In this document: one piece after another, positions 24,901 to 39,900 of the stretch
Position numbering within the stretch: the stretch's first letter is position 1
Layout: every line of letters begins with the position of its first letter
Assembly (NCBI RefSeq): GCF_035084215.1
Contig: NW_027139246.1
Span: 434,001 to 498,000 of the forward strand
Source of the DNA: Heptranchias perlo
Lineage: Eukaryota
Direction of reading: 5' to 3'
DNA length: 64,000 nucleotides
Notes under the pieces: model-generated
Told to the model about the DNA's origin: nothing
Seen by the model: only the letters and a program-made list of their open reading frames with translations
The model's database searches: none
Made by a program: the position numbers and the translations under genes

Positions 24901-27900
24901 CCGGCAGGATTCTACTGTCCAAATATATCAACACAACTCCGGCAGGATTCTACTGTCCCAAATATATCAACACAACTCCGGCAGGATTCTACTGTTCGAA
25001 ATATATCAACACAACTCCGGCAGGATTCTACTGTCCCAAACATATAAATACAGCTCCGGCAGGATTCTACTGTCCAAATATATAAATACAACTCCGGCAG
25101 GATTCTACTCTCCAAATATATCAACACAACTCCGGCAGGATTCTACTGTCCCAAATATATCAATACAACTCCGGCAGGATTCTACTGTCCTCAATATATC
25201 AACACAACTCTGGCAGGATTCTACTGTCCAAATATATCAATACAACTCGGGCAGGATTCTACTGTCCTAAATATATCAATACAACTCCGGCAGGATTCTA
25301 CTGTCCCAAATATATCAATACAATTCAGGCAGGATTCTACTGTCCAAATATATCAACACAACTCCGGCAGGATTCTACTGTCCCAAACATATCAACACAA
25401 CTCCGGCAGGTTTCTACTGTCCTAAATATATCAATACAACTCGGGCAGGATTCTACTGTCCTCAATATATCAATACAACTCCGGCAGGATTCTACTGTCC
25501 TAAATATATCAATACAACTCGGGCAGGATTCTACTGTCCTAAATATATCAATACAACTCGGGCAGGATTCTACTGTCCTAAATATATCAATACATCTCCG
25601 GCAGGATTCTACTGTCCCATATATATCAATACAACTCCGGCAGGATTCTACTGTCCTAAATATATCAACACAACTCCGGCAGGATTCTACTGTCCAAATA
25701 TATCAACACAACTCCGGCAGGATTCTACTGTCCAAATATATCAATACAACTCCGGCAGGATTCTAATGTCCTAAATATATCAATACAACTCCGGCAGGAT
25801 TCTACTGTACCAAATATATCAATACAACTCCGGCAGGATTCTACTGTCCAAATATATCAATACAACTCCGGCAGGATTCTAATGTCCTAAATATATCAAT
25901 ACGACTCCGGCAGGATTCTACTGTCCAAATATATCAATACAACTCCGGCAGGATTCTAATGTCCTAAATATATCAATACAACTCCGGCAGGATTCTACTG
26001 TCCCAAATATATCAATACAACTCCGGCAGGATTCTACTGTCCAAATTTATCAATACAACTCCGGCAGGATTCTACTGTCCAAATATATCAATACAACTCC
26101 GGCAGGATTCTACTGTCCCAAATATATCAATACAACTCCGGCAGGATTCTACTGTCCAAATATATCAATACAACTCCGGCAGGATTCTACTGTCCAAATA
26201 TATCAATACAACTCCGGCAGGATTCTAATGTCCTAAATATATCAATACAACTCCGGCAGGATTCTACTGTCCAAATATATCAACACAACTCCGGCAGGAT
26301 TCTACTGTCCCAAATATATCAATAGAACTCCGGCAGGATTCTACTTTCCTAAATATATCAATACAACTCCGGCAGGATTCTACTGTTCGAAATATATCAA
26401 CACAACTCCGGCAGGATTCTACTGTCCCAAACATATAAATACAGCTCCGGCAGGATTCTACTGTCCCAAATATATCAATACAACTCCGGCAGGATTCTAC
26501 TCTCCAAATATATCAACACAACTCCGGCAGGATTCTACTGTCCCAAATATATCAATACAACTCCGGCAGGATTCTACTGTCCTCAATATATCAACACAAC
26601 TCTGGCAGGATTCTACTGTCCAAATATATCAATACAACTCGGGCAGGATTCTACTGTCCTAAATATATCAATACAACTCCGGCAGGATTCTACTGTCCCA
26701 AATATATCAATACAATTCAGGCAGGATTCTACTGTCCAAATATATCAACACAACTCGGGCAGGATTCTACTGTCCTCAATATATCAATACAACTCCGGCA
26801 GGATTCTACTGTCCTAAATATATCAATACAACTCGGGCAGGATTCTACTGTCCTAAATATATCAATACAACTCGGGCAGGATTCTACTGTCCTAAATATA
26901 TCAATACAACTCCGGCAGGATTCTACTGTCCCATATATATCAATACAACTCCGGCAGGATTCTACTGTCCTAAATATATCAACACAACTCCGGCAGGATT
27001 CTACTGTCCAAATATATCAACACAACTCCGGCAGGATTCTACTGTCCCAAATATATCAAAACATGTCCGGCAGGATTCTACTGTCCAAATATATCAATAC
27101 AACTCCGGCAGGATTCTACTGTCCCAAATATATCAATACAAGTCCGGCAGGATTCTACTGTCCAAATATATCAATACAACTCCGGCAGGATTCTACTGTC
27201 CCAAATATATCAATACAAGTCCGGCAGGATTCTACTGTCCTAAATATATCAATACAACTCCGGCAGGATTCTACTGTCCTAAATATATCAATACAACTCC
27301 GGCAGGGTTCTACTGTCCCAAATATATCAACACAACTCCGGCAGGGTTCTACTGTCCTCAATATATCAATACAACTCCGGCAGGATTCTACTGTCCAAAT
27401 GTATCAATACAACTCCGGCAGGATTCTACTGTCCAAAATATATCAACACAACTCCGGCAGGATTATACTGTCCTCAATATATCAACACAACTCCGGCAGG
27501 ATTCTACTGTCCAAATATATCAATACAACTCCGGCAGGATTCTACTGTCCAAATATATCAATACAACTCCGGCAGGATTCTACTGTCCAAATATATCAAT
27601 ACAACTCCGGCAGGATTCTACTGACCTAAATATATCAATACAACTCCGGCAGGATTCTACTTTCCCAAATATATCAATACAACTCCGGCAGGATTCTACT
27701 GTCCAAATATATCAACACAACTCCGGCAGGATTCTACTGTCCAAATATATCAATACAACTCCGGCAGGATTCTGCTGTCCAAATATATCAATACAACTCG
27801 GGCAGGATTCTAATGTCCTAAATATATCAATACAACTCCGGCAGGATTCTACTGTCCCAAATATATCAATACAACTCCGGCAGGATTCTACTGTCCAAAT

Positions 27901-30900
27901 ATATCAATACAACTCCGGCAGGATTCTAATGTCCTAAATATATCAATACAACTCCGGCAGGATTCTACTGTCCAAATATATCAATACAACTCCGGCAGGA
28001 TTCTAATGTCCAAATATATCAATACAACTCCGGCAGGATTCTACTCTCCCAAATATATCAATACAACTCCGTAAGGATTCTACTGTCCAAATATATCAAT
28101 TCAACTCCGGCAGGATTCTACTGTCCAAATATATCAATACAACTCCGGCAGGATTCTACAGTCCCTAATATATCAATACAACTCCGGCAGGATTCTACTG
28201 TCCAAATATATCAATACAACTCCGGCAGGATTCTACTGTCCAAATATATCAATACAACTCCGGCAGGATTCTAATGTCCTAAATATATCAATACAACTCC
28301 GGCAGGATTCTACTGTCCAAATATATCAACACAACTCCGGCAGGATTCTACTGTCCAAATATATCAATACAACTCCGGCAGGAATCTATTGTCCAAATAT
28401 ATCAAGACAACTCCGGCAGGATTCTACTGTCCTCAATATATCAATACAACTCCGGCAGGATTCTACTGTCCTAAATATATCAATACAACTCCGGCAGGAT
28501 TCTACTGTCCTAAATATATCAACACAACTCCGGCAGGATTCTACTGTCCTCAATATATCAATACAACTCCGGCAGGATTCTACTGTCCTAAATATATCAA
28601 TACAACTCCGGCAGGATTCTACTGTCCTAAATATATCAACACAACTCCGGCAGGATTCTACTGTCCAAAATATATCAATATAACTCCGGCAGGATTCTAC
28701 TGTCCAAATATATCAATACAACTCCGGCAGGATTCTACTGTCCAAATATATCAATACAACTCCGGCAGGATTCTACTGTTCAAATATATCAATACAACTG
28801 CGGCAGGATTCTACTGTCCCAAATATATCAATACAACTCCGGCAGGATTCTACTGTCCAAAATATATCAACACAACTCCGGCAGGATTCTACTGTCCCAA
28901 ATATATCAATAGAACACCGGCAGGATTCTACTGTCCTAATTATATCAATACAACTCCGGCAGGATTCTACTGTCCCAAATATATCAATACAACTCCGGCA
29001 GGATTCTACTGTCCAAAATATATCAACACAACTCCGGCAGGATTCTACTGTCCTAAATATATCAATACAACTGCGGCAGGATTCTACTGTCCAAAATATA
29101 TCAATACAACTCCGGCAGGATTCTACTGTCCAAATATATCAACACAACTCCGGCAGGATTCTACTGTCCCAAACATATAAATACAACTCCGGCAGGATTC
29201 TACTGTCCAAATATATAAATACAACTCCGGCAGGATTCTACTGTCCAAATATATCAATACAACTCCGGCAGGATTCTACTGTCCAAATATATCAATACAA
29301 CTCCGGCAGGATTCTACTGTCCAAATATATAAATACAACTCCGGCAGGATTCTGCTGTCCAAATATATCAATACAACTCCGGCAGGATTCTACTGTCCTA
29401 AATATATCAATACAACTCCGGCAGGATTCTACTGTCCAAATATATCAATACAACTCCGGTAGGATTCTCCTGTCCTAAATATATCAATACAACTCCGGCA
29501 GTATTCTACTGTCCAAATATATCAATACAACTCCGGCAGGATTCTACTGTCCTAAATAAATCAACACAACTCCGGCAGGATTCTACTGTCCAAATATATC
29601 AATACAACTCCGGCAGGATTCTACTGTCCTAAATAAATCAACACAACTCCGGCAGGATTCTACTGTCCTAAATATATCAATACAACTCCGGCAGGATTCT
29701 ACTGTCCAAATATATCAATACAACTCCGGCAGGATTCTAAAGTCCTAAATATATCAATACAACTCCGGCAGGATTCTACTGTCCTAAATATATCAACACA
29801 ACTCCGGCAGGATTCTACTGTCCCAAATATATCAACACAACTCCGGCAGGATTCTACTGTCCCAAACATATAAATACAACCCCGGCAGGATTCTACTGTC
29901 CCAAATATATCAACACAACTCCGGCAGGATTCTACTGTCCAAATATATCAATACAACTCCGGCAGGATTCTACTGTCCTAAATATATCAACACAACTCCG
30001 GCATGATTCTACTGTCCTAAATATATCAATACAAATCTGGTAGGATTCTACTGTCCAAATATATCAATACAACTCCGGCAGGATTCTATTGTCCAAATAT
30101 ATAAATACAACTCCGGCAGGATTCTACTGTCCAAATATATCAATACAACTCCGGCAGGATTCTACTGTCCAAATATATCAATACAACTCCGGCAGGATTC
30201 TACTGTCCAAATATATCAACACAACTCCGGCAGGATTCTACGGTCCTAAATATATCAATACAACTCCGGCAGGATTCTACGGTCCTAAATATATCAATAC
30301 AACTCCGGCAGGATTCTACTGTCCTAAATATATCAACACAACTCCGGCAGGATTCTACTGTCCTAAATACATCAATACAACTCCGGCAGGATTCTACTGT
30401 CCTAAATATATCAATACAACTCCGGCAGGATTCTACTGTCCAAATATATCAACACAACTCCGGCAGGATTCTACTGTCCTAAATGTATCAATACAACTCC
30501 GGCAGGATTCTACTGTCCAAATATATCAATACAACTCCGGCAGGATTCTACTGTCCAAATATATCAACACAACTCCGGCAGGATTCTACTGTCCTAAATA
30601 TATCAACACAACTCCGGCAGGATTCTACTGTCCTAAATATATCAACACAACTCCGGCAGGATTCTACTGTCCTAAATATATCAATACAACTCCGGCAGGA
30701 TTCTACTGTCCAAATATATCAACACAACTCCGGCAGGATTCTACTGTCCTAAATGTATCAATACAACTCCGGCAGGATTCTACTGTCCAAATATATCAAC
30801 ACAACTCCGGCAGGATTCTACTGTCCTAAATATATCAATACAACTCCGGCAGGATTCTATTGTCCAAATATATCAACACAACTCCGGCAGGATTCTAATG

Positions 30901-33900
30901 TCCTAAATATATCAATACAACTCCGGCAGGATTCTACTGTCCTAAATATATCAACACAACTCCGGCAGGATTCTACTGTCCTAAATATATCAATACAACT
31001 CCGGCAGGATTCTACTGTCCAAATATATCAACACAACTCCGGCAGGATTCTACTGTCCTAAATATATCAACACAACTCCGGCATGATTCTACTGTCCTAA
31101 ATATATCAATACAACTCCGGTAGGATTCTACTGTCCTAAATATATCAATACAAATCCGGCAGGATTCTACTGTCCAAATATATCAATACAACTCCGGCAG
31201 GATTCTACTGTCCTAAATATATCAATACAACTCCAGCAGGATTCTACTGTCCTAAATATATCAATACAACTCCTGCAGGTTTCTACTGTCCAAATATATC
31301 AACACAACTCCGGCAGGATTCTACTGTCCCAAATATATCAATACAACTCCGGCAGGATTCTACTGTCCAAATATAACAATACAACTCCGGCAGGATTCTA
31401 CTGTCCTCAATATATCAATACAACTCCGGCAGGATTCTACTGTCCCAAATATATCAACACAACTCCGGCAGGATTCTACTGTACCAAATATATCAATACA
31501 ACTCCGGCAGGAATCTACTGTCCAAATATATCAATACAACTCCGGCAGGATTCTACTGTCCTAAATATATCAATACAACTCCGGCAGGAATCTACTGTCC
31601 AAGTATATCAATACAACTCCGGCAGGATTCTACTGTCCTAAATATATCAATACAACTCCGGCAGGATTCTACTGTCCTAAATATATCAATACAACTCCGG
31701 CAGGGTTCTACTGTCCCAAATATATCAACACAACTCCGGCAGGGTTCTACTGTCCTCAATATATCAATACAACTCCGGCAGGATTCTACTGTCCCAAATA
31801 TATCAACACAACTCCGGCAGGATTCTACTGTCCCAAATATATCAACACAACTCCGGCAGGGTTCTACTGTCCTCAATATATCAATACAACTCCGGCAGGA
31901 TTCTACTGTCCAAATGTATGAATACAACTCCGGCAGGATTCTACTGTCCAAAATATATCAACACAACTCCGGCAGGATTATACTGTCCTCAATATATCAA
32001 TACAACTCCGGCAGGATTCTACTGTCCAAATATATCAATACAACTCCGGCCGGATTCTCCTGTCCAAATATATCAATACAACTCCGGCAGGATTCTACTG
32101 TCCTAAATATATCAACACAACTCCGGCAGGATTCTACTGTCCTCAATATATCAATACAACTCCGGCAGGATTCTACTTTCCAAATATATCAACACAACTC
32201 CGGCAGGATTCTACAGTCCTCAATATATCAACACAACTCCGGCAGTAATCGACTGTCCTAAATATATCAACACAACTCCGGCAGGATTCTACTTTCCAAA
32301 TATATCAACACAACTGCGGCAGGATTCCACTTTCCAAATCGATCAACACAACTCCGGCAGGATTCTACTGTCCTCAATATATCAACACAACTCCGGCAGT
32401 AATCTACTGTCCTAAATATATCAATACAACTCCGGCAGGATTCTACTTTCCAAATATATCAACACAACTGCGGCAGGATTCTACTTTCCAAATATATCAA
32501 TACAACTGCGGCAGGATTCTACTGTCCTAAATATATCAATACAACTCCGGCAGGATTCTACTTTCCAAACATATCAATACAACTCCGGCAGGATTCTACT
32601 TTCCAAATATATCAATACAACTCCGGCAGGATTCTACTGTCCTCAATATATCAATACAACTCCGGCAGGATTCTACTTTCCAAATATATCAATACAACTC
32701 CGGCAGGATTCTACTTTCCAAATATATCAATACAACTCCGGCAGGATTCTACTGTCCTCAATATATCAATACAACTCCGGCAGGATTCTACTTTCCAAAT
32801 ATATCAATACAACTCCGGCAGGATTCCACTGTCCTAAATATATCAATACAACTCCGGCAGGATTCTACTGTCCCAAATATATCAATACAACTCCGGCAGG
32901 ATTCCACTGTCCCAAATATATCAATACAACTCCGGCAGGATTCTACTGTCCAAATATATCAATACAACTCCGGTAGGATTCCACTGTCCTAAATATATCA
33001 ATACAACTCCGGCAGGATTCTACTGTCCAAATATATCAATACAACTCCGGCAGGATTCTACTTTCCAAAATATATCAGCACAACTCCGGCAGGATTCTAC
33101 TGTCCTCAATATATCAACACAACTCCGGCAGGATTCTACTGTCCAAATATATCAATACAACTCCGGCAGGATTCTACTTTCCAAAATATATCAGCACAAC
33201 TCCGGCAGGATTCTACTCTCCTAAATATATCAATACAACTCCGGCAGGATTCTACTGTCCAAATATATCAATACAACTCCGGCAGGATTCTACTGTCCTA
33301 AATATATCAATACAACCCCGGCAGGATTCTACTGTCCAAATATATCAATACAACTCCGGCAGGATTCTACTTTCCAAATATATCAATACAACTCCGGCAG
33401 GATTCTACTGTCCAAATATATCATCACAACTCCGGCAGGATTCTACTGTCCCAAATATATCAATACAACTCCGGCAGGATTCTACTGTCCTAAATATATC
33501 AATACAAATCCGGCAGGATTCTACTGTCCTAAATATATCAATACAACCCCGGCAGGATTCTACTGTCCAAATATATCAATACAACTCCGGCAGGATTCTA
33601 CTGTCCAAATATATCAATACAACTCCGGCAGGATTCTACTGTCCTCAATATATCAATACAACTCCGGCAGGATTCTACTGTCCAAATATATCAATACAAC
33701 TCCGGCAGGATTCTACTGTCCCAAATATATCAACACAACTCCGGCAGGATTCTCCTGTCCAAATATATCAATACAACTCCGGCAGGATTCTACTTTCCAA
33801 ACATATCAATACAACTCCGGCAGGATTCTACTTTCTAAAATATATCAACACAACTCCGGCAGGATTCTCCTGTCCCAAATATATCAATACAACTCCGGCA

Positions 33901-36900
33901 GGATTCTACTGTCCCAAATATATCAATACAACTCCGGCAGGATTCTACTTTCCAAATATATAAATACAACTCCTGCAGGATTCTACTTTCCAAAATATAT
34001 CAACACAACTCCGGCAGGATTCTGCTGTCCAAATATATCAATACAACTCCGGCAGGATTCTACTTTCCAAAATATATCAACACAACTCCGGCAGGATTCT
34101 ACTGTCCTCAATATATCAATACAACTCCGGCAGGATTCTACTTTCCAAAATATATCAACACAACTCCGGCAGGATTCTACTGTCCTCAATATATCAATAC
34201 AACTCCGGCAGGATTCTACTTTCCAAAATATATCAACACAACTCCGGCAGGATTCTACTGTCCAAATATATCAATACAACTCCGGCAGGATTCTACTGTC
34301 CCAAATATATCAATAAAACCCCGGCAGGATTCTACTGTCCAAATATATCAATCCAACTCCGGCAGGATTCTACTGTCCCAAATATATCAATACAACTCCG
34401 GCAGGATTCTATTGTCCAAATATATCAACACAACTCCGGCAGGATTCTAATGTCCTAAATATATCAATACAACTCCGGCAGGATTCTACTGTCCTAAATA
34501 TATCAACACAACTCCGGCAGGATTCTACTGTCCTAAATATATCAATACAACTCCGGCAGGTTTCTACTGTCCAAATATATCAATACAACTCCGGCAGGAT
34601 TCTACTGTCCTAAATATATCAACACAACTCCGGCATGATTCTACTGTCCTAAATATATCAATACAACTCCGGTAGGATTCTACTGTCCTAAATATATCAA
34701 TACAAATCCGGCAGGATTCTACTGTCCAAATATATCAATACAACTCCGGCAGGATTCTACTGTCCTAAATATATCAATACAACTCCAGCAGGATTCTACT
34801 GTCCTAAATATATCAATACAACTCCTGCAGGTTTCTACTGTCCAAATATATCAACACAACTCCGGCAGGATTCTACTGTCCCAAATATATCAATACAACT
34901 CCAGCAGGATTCTACTGTCCAAATATAACAATACAACTCCGGCAGGATTCTACTGTCCTCAATATATCAATACAACTCCGGCAGGATTCTACTGTCCCAA
35001 ATATATCAACACAACTCCGGCAGGATTCTACTGTACCAAATATATCAATACAACTCCGGCAGGAATCTACTGTCCAAATATATCAATACAACTCCGGCAG
35101 GATTCTACTGTCCTAAATATATCAATACAACTCCGGCAGGAATCTACTGTCCAAGTATATCAATACAACTCCGGCAGGATTCTACTGTCCTAAATATATC
35201 AATACAACTCCGGCAGGATTCTACTGTCCTAAATATATCAATACAACTCCGGTAGGGTTCTACTGTCCCAAATATATCAACACAACTCCGGCAGGGTTCT
35301 ACTGTCCTCAATATATCAATACAACTCCGGCAGGATTCTACTGTCCCAAATATATCAACACAACTCCGGCAGGATTCTACTGTCCCAAATATATCAACAC
35401 AACTCCGGCAGGGTTCTACTGTCCTCAATATATCAATACAACTCCGGCAGGATTCTACTGTCCAAATGTATGAATACAACTCCGGCAGGATTCTACTGTC
35501 CAAAATATATCAACACAACTCCGGCAGGATTATACTGTCCTCAATATATCAATACAACTCCGGCAGGATTCTACTGTCCAAATATATCAATACAACTCCG
35601 GCCGGATTCTCCTGTCCAAATATATCAATACAACTCCGGCAGGATTCTACTGTCCTAAATATATCAACACAACTCCGGCAGGATTCTACTGTCCTCAATA
35701 TATCAATACAACTCCGGCAGGATTCTACTTTCCAAATATATCAACACAACTCCGGCAGGATTCTACAGTCCTCAATATATCAACACAACTCCGGCAGTAA
35801 TCGACTGTCCTAAATATATCAACACAACTCCGGCAGGATTCTACTTTCCAAATATATCAACACAACTGCGGCAGGATTCCACTTTCCAAATAGATCAACA
35901 CAACTCCGGCAGGATTCTACTGTCCTCAATATATCAACACAACTCCGGCAGTAATCTACTGTCCTAAATATATCAATACAACTCCGGCAGGATTCTACTT
36001 TCCAAATATATCAACACAACTGCGGCAGGATTCTACTTTCCAAATATATCAATACAACTGCGGCAGGATTCTACTGTCCTAAATATATCAATACAACTCC
36101 GGCAGGATTCTACTTTCCAAACATATCAATACAACTCCGGCAGGATTCTACTTTCCAAATATATCAATACAACTCCGGCAGGATTCTACTGTCCTCAATA
36201 TATCAATACAACTCCGGCAGGATTCTACTTTCCAAATATATCAATACAACTCCGGCAGGATTCTACTTTCCAAATATATCAATACAACTCCGGCAGGATT
36301 CTACTGTCCTCAATATATCAATACAACTCCGGCAGGATTCTACTTTCCAAATATATCAATACAACTCCGGCAGGATTCCACTGTCCTAAATATATCAATA
36401 CAACTCCGGCAGGATTCTACTGTCCCAAATATATCAATACAACTCCGGCAGGATTCCACTGTCCCAAATATATCAATACAACTCCGGCAGGATTCTACTG
36501 TCCAAATATATCAATACAACTCCGGTAGGATTCCACTGTCCTAAATATATCAATACAACTCCGGCAGGATTCTACTGTCCAAATATATCAATACAACTCC
36601 GGCAGGATTCTACTTTCCAAAATATATCAGCACAACTCCGGCAGGATTCTACTGTCCTCAATATATCAACACAACTCCGGCAGGATTCTACTCTCCTAAA
36701 TATATCAATACAACCCCGGCAGGATTCTACTGTCCAAATATATCAATACAACTCCGGCAGGATTCTACTGTCCTAAATATATCAATACAACCCCGGCAGG
36801 ATTCTACTGTCCAAATATATCAATACAACTCCGGCAGGATTCTACTTTCCAAATATATCAATACAACTCCGGCAGGATTCTACTGTCCAAATATATCATC

Positions 36901-39900
36901 ACAACTCCGGCAGGATTCTACTGTCCCAAATATATCAATACAACTCCGGCAGGATTCTACTGTCCTAAATATATCAATACAAATCCGGCAGGATTCTACT
37001 GTCCTAAATATATCAATACAACCCCGGCAGGATTCTACTGTCCAAATATATCAATACAACTCCGGCAGGATTCTACTGTCCAAATATATCAATACAACTC
37101 CGGCAGGATTCTACTGTCCTCAATATATCAATACAACTCCGGCAGGATTCTACTGTCCAAATATATCAATACAACTCCGGCAGGATTCTACTGTCCCAAA
37201 TATATCAACACAACTCCGGCAGGATTCTCCTGTCCAAATATATCAATACAACTCCGGCAGGATTCTACTTTCCAAACATATCAATACAACTCCGGCAGGA
37301 TTCTACTTTCTAAAATATATCAACACAACTCCGGCAGGAGTCTCCTGTCCCAAATATATCAATACAACTCCGGCAGGATTCTACTGTCCCAAATATATCA
37401 ATACAACTCCGGCAGGATTCTACTTTCCAAATATATAAATACAACTCCTGCAGGATTCTACTTTCCAAAATATATCAACACAACTCCGGCAGGATTCTGC
37501 TGTCCAAATATATCAATACAACTCCGGCAGGATTCTACTTTCCAAAATATATCAACACAACTCCGGCAGGATTCTACTTTCCAAAATATATCAATACAAC
37601 TCCGGCAGGATTCTACTTTCCAAAATATATCAACACAACTCCGGCAGGATTCTACTGTCCTCAATATATCAATACAACTCCGGCAGGATTCTACTTTCCA
37701 AAATATATCAACACAACTCCGGCAGGATTCTACTGTCCAAATATATCAATACAACTCCGGCAGGATTCTACTGTCCCAAATATATCAATAAAACCCCGGC
37801 AGGATTCTACTGTCCAAATATATCAATCCAACTCCGGCAGGATTCTACTGTCCTAAATATATCAATACAACTCCGGCAGGATTCTACTGTCCGAAATATA
37901 TCAATACAACTCCGGCAGGATTCTACTGTCCCAAATATATCAATACAACTCCGGCAGGATTCTACTGTCCGAAATATATCAATACAACTCAGGCAGGATT
38001 CTACTGTCCCAAATATATCAATACAACTCCGGCAGGATTCTACTGTCCAAATATATCAATACAACTCCGGCAGGATTCTACTGTCCCAAATATATCAATA
38101 CAACTCCGGCAGGATTCTACTGTCCCAAATATATCAATACAACTCCGGCAGGATTCTACTGTCCCAAATATATCAATACAACTCTGGCAGGATTCTACTG
38201 TCCAAATATATCAACACAACTCCGGCAGGATTCTACTGTCCAAATATATCAATTCAACTCCGGCAGGATTCTACTGTTCAAATATATCAATACAACTCCG
38301 GCAGGATTCTACTGTCCAAATATATCAATACAACTCCGGCAGGATTCTATTGTCCAAATATATCAATACAATTCCGGCAGGATTCTACTGTCCAAATATA
38401 TCAACACAACTCCGGCAGGATTCTACTGTCCAAATATATCAATACAATTCCGGCAGGATTCTACTGTCCAAATATATCAATACAAATCCGGCAGGATTCT
38501 ACTGTCCAAATATATCAATACAATTCCGGCAGGATTCTACTGTCCAAATATATCAATACAACTCCGGCAGGATTCTACTGTCCAAATATATCAATACAAA
38601 TCGGGCAGGATTCTACTGTCCTCAATATATCAATACAACTCCGGCAGGATTCTACTGTCCAAATATATCAATACAACTCCGGCAGGATTCTACTGTCCAA
38701 ATATATCAATACAATTCCGGCAGGATTCTACTGTCCAAATATATCAACACAACTCCGGCAGGATTCTACTGTCCAAATATATCAATACAATTCCGGCAGG
38801 ATTCTACTGTCCAAATATATCAATACAACTCCGGCAGGATTCTACTGTCCAAATATATCAATACAATGCCGGCAGGATTCTACTGTCCAAATATATCAAT
38901 ACAACTCCGGCAGGATTCTACTGTCCAAATATATCAACACAACTCCGGCAGGATTCTACTGTCCCAAATATATCAATACAACTCCGGCAGGATTCTACTG
39001 TCCAAATATATCAATACAACTTGGGCAGGATTCTACTGTCCAAATATATCAATACAATTCTGGCAGGATTCTACTGTCCAAATATATCAATACAACTCCG
39101 GCAGGATTCTAATGTCCCAATAATATCAATACAACTCCGGCAGGATTCGACTGTCCAAATATATCAATACAACTCCGGCAGGATTCTACTGTCCAAATAT
39201 ATCAACACAACTCCGGCAGGATTCTACTGTCCAAATATATCAATACAACTCCGGCAGGATTCTACTGTCCAAATATATCAATACTAGTCCGGCAGGATTC
39301 TACTGTCCCAAATATATCAATACAACTCGGGCAGGATTGTACTGTCCGAAATATATATATACAACTCCGGCAGGATTCTACTGTCCCAAATATATCAACA
39401 CTTGTCCGGCAGGTTTCTACTGTCCCAAATATATCAATACAACTCCGGCAGGATTCTACTGTCCAAATATATCAATACAAGTCCGGCAGGATTCTACTGT
39501 CCCTAATATATCAATGCAACTCCCGCAGGATTCTACTGTCCAAATATATCAATACAAGTCCGGCAGGATTCTACTGTCGCAAATATATCAATACAACTCC
39601 GGCAGGATTCTACTGTCCAAATATATCAATACAAGTCCGGCAGGATACTACTGTCCAAATATATCAACACAACTCCGGCAGGATTCTACTGTCCAAATAT
39701 ACCAATACAACTCCGGCAGGATTCTACTGTCCAAATATATCAATACAACTCCGGCAGGATTCTACTGTCCAAATATACCAATACAAATCCGGCAGGATTC
39801 TACTGTCCAAATATATCAACACAACTCCGGCAGGATTCTACTATCGCAAATATATCAATGCAACTCCCGCAGGATTCTACTGTCCAAATATATCAATACA